From positions 1-64,000 of IMG/VR virus record IMGVR_UViG_3300027763_000027: 64,000 bases of DNA, one strand, 5' to 3'. The position numbers were made by a program, and so were the translations under genes. Source of the stretch: a virus. Below are positions 1-9,160 of this stretch, piece by piece. The notes under the pieces were generated by a model. It did no database searches. It worked only from the letters and a program-made list of their open reading frames with translations, and was not told the DNA's origin. Within the stretch, counting starts at the first letter, position 1, and every line of letters starts with the position of its first letter.

Positions 1-288
1 ACAGCACCGCCAACAACTGCACCAACAGTTGCACCAACAAGTGCTCCAACAGTTGCTCCAACAAAAGCACCGACAGCACCGCCAACAACTGCACCAACAG
101 TTGCACCAACAAGTGCTCCAACAGTTGCTCCAACAAAAGCACCGACAGCACCGCCAACAACTGCACCAACAGTTGCACCAACAAGTGCTCCAACAGTTGC
201 TCCAACAAAAGCACCGACAGCACCGCCAACAAGTGCTCCAACAGTTGCACCAACAGTAGCACCAACGGTAGCTCCAACATCAGCACCA
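1..288 (+). repeat. Coding tandem repeat: 3 exact 72-bp units (1-216) built of 12-bp subunits, then degenerate 12-mers; encodes (T-x-A-P)n
   Basis: Unit acagcaccgccaacaactgcaccaacagttgcaccaacaagtgctccaacagttgctccaacaaaagcaccg starts at 1, 73 and 145; frame +1 reads TAPP TTAP TVAP TSAP TVAP TKAP. Confidence 0.95.
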
Positions 289-3200
289 GTAATGATGACA
301 TGGGCGCCAGTAGCAATAGTCTCACAAGATTATACTATGGTAACAAAAACAGGAGACTCTAATCTATACGCTTTAGTTAAACAGGGTGGCATTGAAACTC
401 AATATAATATAAATTTGCCATCATATACAAATACAACTATGTTAGTTAAATATGATCCATTGCAAAAACCATCTTTCGTATATTCGGCTGTAAGTGGAAC
501 GGGTTATGTGTTAAATTATTTAAAATTGAATAGTGGAAATTGGGAAGTAAAAACTGTTGGATCTCTAGGTTCTTATATTGAAAAAGATTCTATAGATCTT
601 CAATATGATCCAAACGATAATCTTCCTGCATGTATATTATTCGATACATCTAATAATGATTTAAATTATTATAAATATAGTGGAAATTCTTTTGTCAAGA
701 CAACAGTATTTGATGGAGCAATAAATAATGGTAATTTAGCAACCTCGAATCAGACAGTTAAATACGCTAATTTGAATTTTGATTTATATGATAGTTTTCC
801 AGTTGTAACATTTTTAGAAGAACGTTATTTTCCAGTAGTTGGGACTGGGATTGGTATTTATTTTTACCATGGAAAAAATTATAACAACGGATTAGGATTT
901 CAAAAATCTATAATAAATACATTTTCTCAAACATTAAATAATAAAAAACATATAAATACAAAATTAATACAATCAAAAAATTTATTTCTAACTTTCTTTG
1001 GAGGAAATACTACAGGACTCTTTCTTAATATGGTTAAAGATAACATTCAGTATCCATCAAATTGGAAAACTGGCACACATTATGATTTAACTGGAGATAA
1101 TATATATGAAAAGCCACAAGTTGAAGTTTTTCCATTACCTTATGAGAATGTTTCTGTAGCTTATATATCCACTAATTCAAACAAAAGGACTGGTTTATTT
1201 ATTGAGGCATTTAATAATCTTGAAGCCACAAATTTAGATGTTAACTCTAACATACAACCATATAATTATGCAAAATATACTTTAATAACAGGATCTGGAA
1301 TAGATATTAATAAAAATATTATTTCAAAAATAGATTCTGACCTTAATCCCATAGTTTTTTATAAAAAAGACAATCTTATTAAATATGCAAAATATACAGG
1401 AATTAATTTTAGTGCTCCTAATTCGTGGTCTAATAACAATTATAATTCAGGTTTTTCTAGCGAAAATACTTTTAAAAATTTAAGTAATTCAAGTTCTTAT
1501 CAATTTGGATTTGATTTTGCAACAAAAGATATTTTTAAAATTTACGCAGTGACCCTAAACGACAGTAGACATGATACTCAAGGCGGACCCAACTATCTTC
1601 ATACTGGAGGATACAACATATTTCAAGAATATAAGTATCCATATGTCAAACCTACTAGAAGTGGAACAATTGACAGCACATTACTAGAAATGAATTCTTG
1701 TAGCATAAAAATAAACCCAGTTACAAAACAGCCAAACTTAATGTTCGTTGATACTAATATAATAAAATATTATTATCCTATAAATGATGAATTAACATCT
1801 TGGACAGGCTTAACTTTCCCTTCTGGAAATATTATTCTAAGTGGCAAAAATATTTCTATTCGTGTACAAGATATGGGTAAATTTGATTTTGATAGAGAAA
1901 CAAATCAATTAGTTATGCATGCTCATTGCCGTTCTTGGACTGGTACCGTTAGCTATGATAATGGTATTCTATTTAAAAAAGATTTAACAGGGGCAGGATA
2001 CACATATTATAATACTCCATATACTGGTTCTTACGGAGCAGCAACCGATTTTAAAGTAAATCCAATTACAAATCAATATTCATTAATTTATGTAGATTCA
2101 TATCATGGTATAATATATTCTGAAATGAACCCGTACACAAAAGCTTGGAAACATTCATATATTGAATCGGGTGGACTATATGGAGATAGTAAAATTAATT
2201 TAGATTTTAAAAGCAATGGTTATCCAGTTACAGCTTATGTAACAATTAGCGGTAGCGCGAGGAATATAACTGGATTTCTAAAAATAGCAGAATATGATGG
2301 TTCAAATTGGACAAAAACAATACTTCATACTGCAACAGGAAATTATTTTTGGTTAAATGGGCTTGATTTTAAATATAACTCTGGAGAAAATTATTATGGA
2401 GTTTCATGTGTTGATAATCAGAATTATCTGCCAAAGTTAAGCGGACTATATATAACAAATAAAGGCGTTCCATATGATGGGCAAATTAAAAAATATAGTT
2501 GGGATCATATTGCTCCTAATAATGAATACGCTTATCATACTCAATTGCTTTTTAAACAATATAGTGGCGAGACTACGCCATTTATTTTTAGATTCTCAGG
2601 TTTTAATGATATTATTTATTTAGAAAATGAAAAGTTAATAACAGGAAAATTTATAAATAAATTAGATTTAAACTCACAATTTGGTACCGCAGAAGTAATA
2701 GATTATACAACCGAACAAAAGGAAGCGCCAAAAGTTCCAATACAATTTTTCATAAGTGAAAATTATAATGGAGAATGGACTATTTATGAAAATCAAAGCG
2801 TGCTTGCTCAAAAAAATTTAAATACATCATTTAGGTTTACTCAAGGGTTTGGAAATGAAATTTTAAAACTTTATACATTCTATACTTATCCTGGAAACTC
2901 AATATGTATTAACTTTTATAATAATAATGTAGTTGGTAGTGTTGTTTTGGGCCGTGCAATTCTACGATACAATGGAAATAATTTAATAGATATTACTTCA
3001 ATGCAGCTTTCAGCGAGTAATAAAATATGCAGTAGTATCCCTAGATCAACGGTTACCTCAACTAGCGCACCCATAGCTGCACCATCAACATCCGCTCCAA
3101 CTTCGGCACCTATATTTAGTCCAGATGTTTATTCAACTTATACATCTTCTCAACAAAATATTTTAATGAATAGTAGTAATAATGGAGCAGCTTCTGTTTA

Positions 3201-4416
3201 TCCAATAACGTTTAATGTAAATAATATTAATAGCAATAGCGTAGTACGTCAGGTAAATTTAGAATTAGAAGGCTATAATCATACTTATGCTGAAGATGTG
3301 GCGATGATTTTAGTTTCTCCATCAGGTGATGGAGTTTTAATTTCGAATTGCTTGGGTTATAATAATGCTGCAAATAATATAAATGTTGTTTTTGATAAAA
3401 ACGCACCCCTTTTATGGAATGGATATAGTTCTGGTACTTATAGACCAAATTCTCTAACTTCTGGAGATTGTGGTGATAGAATATTTCAACCAGAAATAAA
3501 TCTTCCGTACACAGGTATAAGTTCTTATTCAACTGATTTATCTATATTTTCTCACATGCAACCAAATGAAGCAAATGGAATTTGGAGACTTTATATTCAA
3601 GATTTTTGGCCATCAGATGATAATGGTTCTTTATTAAGAGCTAAATTAAAATTTTATACAGATATAAATTGCTCTTGTTTAGAGGGAACAAATAGCCACA
3701 TAAAAAGACTTGGTACTTATTATAGAGATTTTATTCCAAATCAAGAATTTTGTGATAAAAGTCCAGTTAACGTTGTCGTTACAAATCAATCATGTTTAAA
3801 TTATGGAGCAACCATACAATGTATGTCATGTCAAACTCCATGTGATAATGGTTGTGCGCGAGGAACAACTCTACAAAGCACACCATGCGCGCAAGCTTGC
3901 CCAGGATGTTGTCCTTATCCAGAGCTTGGATGCAAAGGTACTTTAACAACATTTGATGATCAAAAAGATGTTGATCGTTATTTTGCGAGTTATAATGAAG
4001 ATGACAGAAAACAATCTTGCGCTGAAACTTTTGGTATAGTTAGTCCATTATCATGTTACGAAGGATATCTAGCATGTGGTGACCCTGTCACAATAACATT
4101 TACTGCATCTCAAGTAGATGATGCTGTCACTTTCGAATATACTGGAACCGTTATTGCTTGGGGTGGAGATCCGCCCTACTCGAGAACCGCAACTGTTCTT
4201 CCTGGTGGAACAGCTCAAATTAGAATAGCAAATATTAATGAACAAGGTCCATCTCACGCTATTGTTTCAATAAGCAGTTCTAAAGGAGGAAGCGTAAACA
4301 CAACACATTGTTGTTGTGGATTCGCAAATAGAAATTGCGAAGGAAATGGTCCAGTTATTACTCCTTGTAACTGTCCAAGCAATATAGTTATTGCGAGTTT
4401 ATTTGTGCCAAGATAA
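1..4416 (+). CDS. Large virion structural protein (fibre/decoration-like), 5'-partial: Pro/Thr/Ala linker, beta-rich region, proprotein-convertase P-like domain, Cys-rich C-terminus
   Basis: Frame +1 is open from base 1 into ORF 292..4416; P-domain-like motif HTYAEDVAMILVSPSG...ANGIWRLYIQDFWPSDDNGSL; many Cys in the last ~250 aa; upstream of lysis and tail genes. Confidence 0.7.
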   Translation, partial: TAPPTTAPTVAPTSAPTVAPTKAPTAPPTTAPTVAPTSAPTVAPTKAPTAPPTTAPTVAPTSAPTVAPTKAPTAPPTSAPTVAPTVAPTVAPTSAPVMMTWAPVAIVSQDYTMVTKTGDSNLYALVKQGGIETQYNINLPSYTNTTMLVKYDPLQKPSFVYSAVSGTGYVLNYLKLNSGNWEVKTVGSLGSYIEKDSIDLQYDPNDNLPACILFDTSNNDLNYYKYSGNSFVKTTVFDGAINNGNLATSNQTVKYANLNFDLYDSFPVVTFLEERYFPVVGTGIGIYFYHGKNYNNGLGFQKSIINTFSQTLNNKKHINTKLIQSKNLFLTFFGGNTTGLFLNMVKDNIQYPSNWKTGTHYDLTGDNIYEKPQVEVFPLPYENVSVAYISTNSNKRTGLFIEAFNNLEATNLDVNSNIQPYNYAKYTLITGSGIDINKNIISKIDSDLNPIVFYKKDNLIKYAKYTGINFSAPNSWSNNNYNSGFSSENTFKNLSNSSSYQFGFDFATKDIFKIYAVTLNDSRHDTQGGPNYLHTGGYNIFQEYKYPYVKPTRSGTIDSTLLEMNSCSIKINPVTKQPNLMFVDTNIIKYYYPINDELTSWTGLTFPSGNIILSGKNISIRVQDMGKFDFDRETNQLVMHAHCRSWTGTVSYDNGILFKKDLTGAGYTYYNTPYTGSYGAATDFKVNPITNQYSLIYVDSYHGIIYSEMNPYTKAWKHSYIESGGLYGDSKINLDFKSNGYPVTAYVTISGSARNITGFLKIAEYDGSNWTKTILHTATGNYFWLNGLDFKYNSGENYYGVSCVDNQNYLPKLSGLYITNKGVPYDGQIKKYSWDHIAPNNEYAYHTQLLFKQYSGETTPFIFRFSGFNDIIYLENEKLITGKFINKLDLNSQFGTAEVIDYTTEQKEAPKVPIQFFISENYNGEWTIYENQSVLAQKNLNTSFRFTQGFGNEILKLYTFYTYPGNSICINFYNNNVVGSVVLGRAILRYNGNNLIDITSMQLSASNKICSSIPRSTVTSTSAPIAAPSTSAPTSAPIFSPDVYSTYTSSQQNILMNSSNNGAASVYPITFNVNNINSNSVVRQVNLELEGYNHTYAEDVAMILVSPSGDGVLISNCLGYNNAANNINVVFDKNAPLLWNGYSSGTYRPNSLTSGDCGDRIFQPEINLPYTGISSYSTDLSIFSHMQPNEANGIWRLYIQDFWPSDDNGSLLRAKLKFYTDINCSCLEGTNSHIKRLGTYYRDFIPNQEFCDKSPVNVVVTNQSCLNYGATIQCMSCQTPCDNGCARGTTLQSTPCAQACPGCCPYPELGCKGTLTTFDDQKDVDRYFASYNEDDRKQSCAETFGIVSPLSCYEGYLACGDPVTITFTASQVDDAVTFEYTGTVIAWGGDPPYSRTATVLPGGTAQIRIANINEQGPSHAIVSISSSKGGSVNTTHCCCGFANRNCEGNGPVITPCNCPSNIVIASLFVPR

Positions 4417-4429
4417 TATAACAATTTAA

Positions 4430-5059
4430 ATGAATATATCTAAAAAATCTCTTGATCTTATACTAGAATTTGAAGTTGGCGGAGGAGAGAGCTATTATAA
4501 TAAATTTTTAAAAAATCCAACATGGCCAGGAGAGCAAAGCGGAGTTACAATTGGCGTAGGTTATGATCTTGGATATGTAAATAAAAGTGAATTTAGCGAA
4601 GATTGGAAAGATCTTCCTAAAGAAGTTTTTGATAGATTGTATAAAGTTGTAGGCATAAAAGGATATAACGCAAAAGGTTTAATTAGAGGATTAAAAGATA
4701 TAACTATTCCTTGGGATCTTTCACTAAAAGTTTTTAACAATAAAACAATAACTAAATTTTATAATTTAACGCGCGAAACTTTTCCTAATTTTGATAATCT
4801 TCCAGAAGATGCAAAAGGTGGATTAGTTAGTCTTGTGTTCAATAGGGGAGCAGCTTTAGAAGGTGATCGTCGGCGCGAAATGAAATTAATAAGAGATGGT
4901 ATGAAATTAACATCTACTTTTGATCAAAAAACTTTAACTTTTATAGCTAATCAAATAAGAAGTATGAAAAGAATATGGATTGGAGGCAGTATAGAAAAGG
5001 GCATGAGTAGAAGACGAGATGCTGAAGCTAAATTAATTGAAAATTCATTAAATACTTAA
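4430..5059 (+). CDS. Lysozyme/endolysin, pesticin C-terminal-like
   Basis: EFEVGG, SGVTIGVGYDLG, LVSLVFNRG and RRRDAEAKL motifs of T4-lysozyme-fold muramidases. Confidence 0.8.
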   Translation: MNISKKSLDLILEFEVGGGESYYNKFLKNPTWPGEQSGVTIGVGYDLGYVNKSEFSEDWKDLPKEVFDRLYKVVGIKGYNAKGLIRGLKDITIPWDLSLKVFNNKTITKFYNLTRETFPNFDNLPEDAKGGLVSLVFNRGAALEGDRRREMKLIRDGMKLTSTFDQKTLTFIANQIRSMKRIWIGGSIEKGMSRRRDAEAKLIENSLNT

Positions 5060-5062
5060 TAT

Positions 5063-5992
5063 TTATTTAAAATTTCTAATTTTAGGTAATGCATTTTTAA
5101 TTTTTCGTGGTAAACTCAAAGGAGTTTCAATTGTTTTATCTTCTGGAAAATATTTTATTAAATGAGTTTCAAGGTATTTGTATTTTTTACATAATTCAAA
5201 ATTTTCTTTTATTGCGCCAATTTTAGAGTAATATAATTCAGGACTTATATTATTAGGATCATTATCCATAAATTCATCTAAAAAAATTATTCCATCTTTA
5301 TTAAAATGCTCGCCAATATCTCTGCATCCCCAATAAATTGGAATAGTTCCAGTTGCAAAACAATCTAATATTTTTTCCGTAAAATATGTTGGATAAACCA
5401 TATTTTCAATAGCAATCGAAAACATGTAATCTTTTAAACCGACTTCTTTTGGCACTATACCATTCGCCCCAAATATATCAGCTCTGTTCATATATAAATC
5501 TCTTATTTTTAATCTAAATTTATGTCCATCAGTCCAAGCTTTGTCAGAACAAATCATAGATAAAAGTTTAGTTTTTGGATAAATTTGCATGTCCCTTATC
5601 CATGTTGAGTTAGCTGGCATGAATTTTATTTTATGATGTAGTTGGCATAAAAATTTATCGTGCGTAAAAATTAATTCAAATGTCTCAGTATATAAATTTA
5701 AATTTTTTTCTAAATCTTTATACAAAAATGGATGAATAATTTTGCTTTCCATAATCCAAGCGTATTTTTTTCCTATTACTCGATCAGTGAAAGCATCATG
5801 TATACAAGTATCAATATACATAAAATTTTTATTTTCATTTTCGTCCCAATTTATGCCTATTTCATTAATTTCTTTAATAGCTTTAATTATTTCATTTTTT
5901 CTTTCAGATGGGTTAAGAACCTCTAAACCTTGGTAATGCCTTGTAATCCAAGAAAAAGGTCCACCACCACAATAACTTTTAAAAGTTTTCAT
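5063..5992 (-). CDS. Glycosyltransferase family 10 (fucosyltransferase-like)
   Basis: YMFSIAIEN...YFTEKILDCFATGTIPIYWG is the GT10 motif. Confidence 0.85.
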   Translation of the reverse strand: MKTFKSYCGGGPFSWITRHYQGLEVLNPSERKNEIIKAIKEINEIGINWDENENKNFMYIDTCIHDAFTDRVIGKKYAWIMESKIIHPFLYKDLEKNLNLYTETFELIFTHDKFLCQLHHKIKFMPANSTWIRDMQIYPKTKLLSMICSDKAWTDGHKFRLKIRDLYMNRADIFGANGIVPKEVGLKDYMFSIAIENMVYPTYFTEKILDCFATGTIPIYWGCRDIGEHFNKDGIIFLDEFMDNDPNNISPELYYSKIGAIKENFELCKKYKYLETHLIKYFPEDKTIETPLSLPRKIKNALPKIRNFK

Positions 5993-6006
5993 GATTTCCG
6001 ATATTA

Positions 6007-6027
6007 TTACACATCAAATAAGTGTAA
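6007..6027. promoter_or_regulatory. Back-to-back GTGTAA motifs (TTACAC-N9-GTGTAA) serving divergent genes; putative late promoters
   Basis: ttacac 6007-6012 faces the ATG at 5992 (-); gtgtaa 6022-6027 lies 8 nt before the ATG at 6036 (+). Confidence 0.6.
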
Positions 6028-6035
6028 CATATTGT

Positions 6036-6701
6036 ATGTTGAAAATGTTGACTATTGTTCCCTCTCGCGGAAGGCAAAAAAATCATTTAGACGTAATTGA
6101 AGCTTTTAGAAAAACATCTGTCATAAGTGATTTATGCTTTGGTCTTGATGAAGACGATTATCATAATTATCAAAAAGTTGACGGTGTTATTTACGAAATA
6201 AATCCATCATTAAGAATGAATGGAACTCTTAATCTCATAGCAAATAAATATGCAGATAAGTATGATTTACTGTATTTTATGGGTGACGATCATCGACCAA
6301 GATCATTTGGATGGGATTCTCGTTTAGCAGAACCTTTAAAAAATTCTACAGGTTTGTCATATGGAAATGATTTATTACAAGGCAAAAAACTAGCCACGGC
6401 AGTATTAATGACATCAAATATAGTTAAAGAGATCGGATTTTTTTCTCCACCAAGTCTTAAACATTTTTATTTAGATAATTTTTGGATGGATTTAGGACAT
6501 GGTTTAAATAATTTAAATTATTTTGACGACGTAATTATTGAACATATGCATCCTTGCAATAAAAAATCAGCGGTAGATGGTACATATTCTCATGCATGGT
6601 CCGTTCTAGAAGAAGATGCTAAAAATTATCAAATATATAAAGATACACAATTTGAATCAGACTTAAAAAAAATAAAAGCAAAAATATCTAATAACTCTTG
6701 A
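6036..6701 (+). CDS. Glycosyltransferase, GT-A/GT2-like (start moved from 5991 to 6036)
   Basis: IVPSRGR N-terminus, LDEDD, FMGDDH (DxD-like), EHMHP; the ATG at 6036 follows the GTGTAA motif and avoids overlap with the divergent gene. Confidence 0.75.
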   Translation: MLKMLTIVPSRGRQKNHLDVIEAFRKTSVISDLCFGLDEDDYHNYQKVDGVIYEINPSLRMNGTLNLIANKYADKYDLLYFMGDDHRPRSFGWDSRLAEPLKNSTGLSYGNDLLQGKKLATAVLMTSNIVKEIGFFSPPSLKHFYLDNFWMDLGHGLNNLNYFDDVIIEHMHPCNKKSAVDGTYSHAWSVLEEDAKNYQIYKDTQFESDLKKIKAKISNNS

Positions 6702-6710
6702 CATATTAAC

Positions 6711-6716
6711 GTGTAA
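6711..6716 (+). promoter_or_regulatory. GTGTAA motif, putative late promoter
   Basis: Intergenic, 8 nt before the ATG at 6725. Confidence 0.6.
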
Positions 6717-6724
6717 TAATTAAT

Positions 6725-7246
6725 ATGGGTGTACCTATCGTAGATATTGCTGATGAAATTTATCGTGAACTAGGCAGTCCAAGTGACCTTAGCCTTCCGT
6801 CTATTGGTTTTTGGCTTAGAACAAATATCGGTGATCTTAATATTTTAATTAATAAAAAGTTTTATATAGATGAAAATACTCTTGAAATTGGTATGCCAGA
6901 GAATAGTGGAGATATCTTTGGTGATGTTGAAAAGAGCATATTTAAGATGATTTACACCATACATTATTACGAAAGGTTATTTAGAAATGCCCTTGGTGTG
7001 GCAAGCACAGATAGCGTGATAGAGATAGATCAAAACGGGTTCCGCGCTAGAAAAGTTAATAAAAATGAATTGGCAAAAACTTACGCTGAATTAAGAAGAC
7101 AAATTAATGATGAACTTCAAATCCTTACTAAAAACTATAATCTTAATGAAGCAAGACCATTGCAGGTCGCTGGGGATGATACGCAAGCAGAACCAAATAA
7201 AACATATACATATAGTAGTAATTTAAGAACAATAGATAATTTGTAA
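6725..7246 (+). CDS. Putative head-tail adaptor
   Basis: First of four small genes before the tail tube; helical 173 aa; assigned by synteny only. Confidence 0.45.
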   Translation: MGVPIVDIADEIYRELGSPSDLSLPSIGFWLRTNIGDLNILINKKFYIDENTLEIGMPENSGDIFGDVEKSIFKMIYTIHYYERLFRNALGVASTDSVIEIDQNGFRARKVNKNELAKTYAELRRQINDELQILTKNYNLNEARPLQVAGDDTQAEPNKTYTYSSNLRTIDNL

Positions 7247-7250
7247 TTAT

Positions 7251-7691
7251 ATGGCAACCAGCTTTTTAAATTCGGCCGATAAGATCTGGTTTCAAAATGC
7301 AGTTGATACTTGGTTCGAAACATTTAAGCAAACCATAACCGTTCACAAAGAACCTACGAAAGTTTTACAAGATAATTCAAATCAAATGTTAGGATACAAA
7401 GATTATTCTAACCCGAACGATTATACATATGTTCCAAGATATCAATCTTTTGATGCAGTTGTGAAATATAATCCAACTGATAATTTAATAGAAGATAGTG
7501 AAATTAAGATTAAATTTATTAATCAAACTATTGAAATTTATGTAAAACAAGACGCTAGAGATTACATAGACTTAGATAAAACAGAAAAAATTACTTTTGA
7601 TAATAAAACTTTTAACATATTTAGCACAAGTATAGTCAAAACTTATGCTGATACAGCTTATTATATGTACTATTTAAAGGAAACAAGATAA
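7251..7691 (+). CDS. Putative head-closure (stopper) protein
   Basis: Beta-rich 146 aa ending KITFDNKTFNI...YYMYYLKE; position in the neck block. Confidence 0.45.
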   Translation: MATSFLNSADKIWFQNAVDTWFETFKQTITVHKEPTKVLQDNSNQMLGYKDYSNPNDYTYVPRYQSFDAVVKYNPTDNLIEDSEIKIKFINQTIEIYVKQDARDYIDLDKTEKITFDNKTFNIFSTSIVKTYADTAYYMYYLKETR

Positions 7692-8257
7692 TGGGACAAG
7701 TTAAAGTAAATTTTGGAAAAATAGTTGAAGATAGTAAAACTTTTAGTGAAAAGTCAGAAGAGAATATCACTAATAAATATGAATCTAGTAAACAAGATTT
7801 TTTTTCTAAATTTGAAAATCATCCAGTAACACAAGAAATAGAATCTGGACCAGAAGCTAACAATTCTTCAAGAACATTGAATGGGGTAGGTAATTTATTT
7901 AGTTATATTGGTTTTGATAAAAATTCAGATCCAATATCTGTTTTAAGAGGAATATTAGATAAATCTTTTAACTTTAAAAAAACTAAAATAAAAAATGGAA
8001 AAAGATTTACTATTAATTACCCAACTTTAGACGAGATCAAAGCTAATACGCCTATGCCTTGGGAAGGCGGAAATAGTTGGGTGGTTGGAATTGAAAGAGG
8101 AATTTCTGGTTTTAGTAATTATATGTATAAAAAATTTGGAGGCGGAAGATCTGGACAAGGCCTTCAATCAGAAAATAGAATCCGAAGTGGTGGATTCAAA
8201 AAAACAAAATATATGACTGATTTAATTAATCAGTTTGTAAAACAAATATCAAAATGA
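7691..8257 (+). CDS. Putative neck/tail completion protein
   Basis: Basic, Gly-rich C-terminus; lies between the stopper and terminator candidates. Confidence 0.4.
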   Translation: MGQVKVNFGKIVEDSKTFSEKSEENITNKYESSKQDFFSKFENHPVTQEIESGPEANNSSRTLNGVGNLFSYIGFDKNSDPISVLRGILDKSFNFKKTKIKNGKRFTINYPTLDEIKANTPMPWEGGNSWVVGIERGISGFSNYMYKKFGGGRSGQGLQSENRIRSGGFKKTKYMTDLINQFVKQISK

Positions 8258-9099
8258 AAGCTCAATTAGATAATATTTTAATGTCAAGCATGATAATGTG
8301 GATGGATCATGTTATCTTAAAAAGAGGAGAAGCTTTTAAAAATAATAATACTAGCTTTTATCCAGTTACAAACATATACAATGGTTTTTATACATATGGA
8401 CTACCATTTAATCAAATAGCTTGCGATAGCTCTATACCAAATTGTCAAATACTTTCTGGCGTACATGTAAATAATGTTTTTAAAAAAATTGGAGAAGCTA
8501 ATCTAACGGCAATTACTCCAAGCGAAGGACATGTTCATTTTAGTGCAAATCAAATCGCTGCTAATAATAATTTAGTAGGTTTTTATGCAGTTAAAGATTT
8601 TAATATATATTTAACAAATTCACCAGATGAAGAAATCTTATTTGAAAGTCAATATAAAATTAGACCTAAAACAATACAAACTGCAGCAGGACTACCAATA
8701 GAAACAATAACTTACCCATGTATATTCTTAAAGAATAATGGTGGAGAAAATAAACCATTTGCTTTTGGTGGACAAGATAACACTCAACTTCTAGTAAGAG
8801 CTATTGTATTAGCTGATAATCTATTTAATTTAGATGGTGTTTGTGGTATATTAAAAGATACAGCTAGAGAATATATTCCATTAATAAGAAATAGTCCTTT
8901 TAATAACTTTGGTGGGCTAAATAATGGTCATTATGACTATGATAGTTTAACCAGTAATATTGATGTTGGAGTAGATGGCTTCTATATATCAGAAGTAAAT
9001 GTAAGTAAAATATTTGCTAATATTAAAACTAATAATAGTCAAGTATTTCCAGCTTTTGTTGATTTTACCCTTGAAAATATAAGGTATCCTAGATTATAA
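8254..9099 (+). CDS. Putative tail terminator
   Basis: Immediately upstream of the tail tube; YPCIFL...FAFGG pattern; synteny. Confidence 0.45.
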   Translation: MKAQLDNILMSSMIMWMDHVILKRGEAFKNNNTSFYPVTNIYNGFYTYGLPFNQIACDSSIPNCQILSGVHVNNVFKKIGEANLTAITPSEGHVHFSANQIAANNNLVGFYAVKDFNIYLTNSPDEEILFESQYKIRPKTIQTAAGLPIETITYPCIFLKNNGGENKPFAFGGQDNTQLLVRAIVLADNLFNLDGVCGILKDTAREYIPLIRNSPFNNFGGLNNGHYDYDSLTSNIDVGVDGFYISEVNVSKIFANIKTNNSQVFPAFVDFTLENIRYPRL

Positions 9100-9160
9100 T
9101 TTATATTTCTCAATAGATAAATTCAACTGTAATAAAGTATACAATTAGGAGAATTTTAAT

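Noticed and set aside
29-259. Gln/His-rich 76-aa ORF
   Set aside because: Off-frame reading of the tandem repeat; frame +1 is continuous with the large ORF.
1-288. CRISPR-like array
   Set aside because: Units are contiguous with no unique spacers and keep codon phase.
3700-4416. Diversity-generating retroelement target
   Set aside because: No reverse transcriptase or template repeat was seen in this window.
6698-6726. Sigma70 promoter TTGACA-17-TAATAT before 6725
   Set aside because: The -10 box would overlap the start codon; GTGTAA explains the site better.
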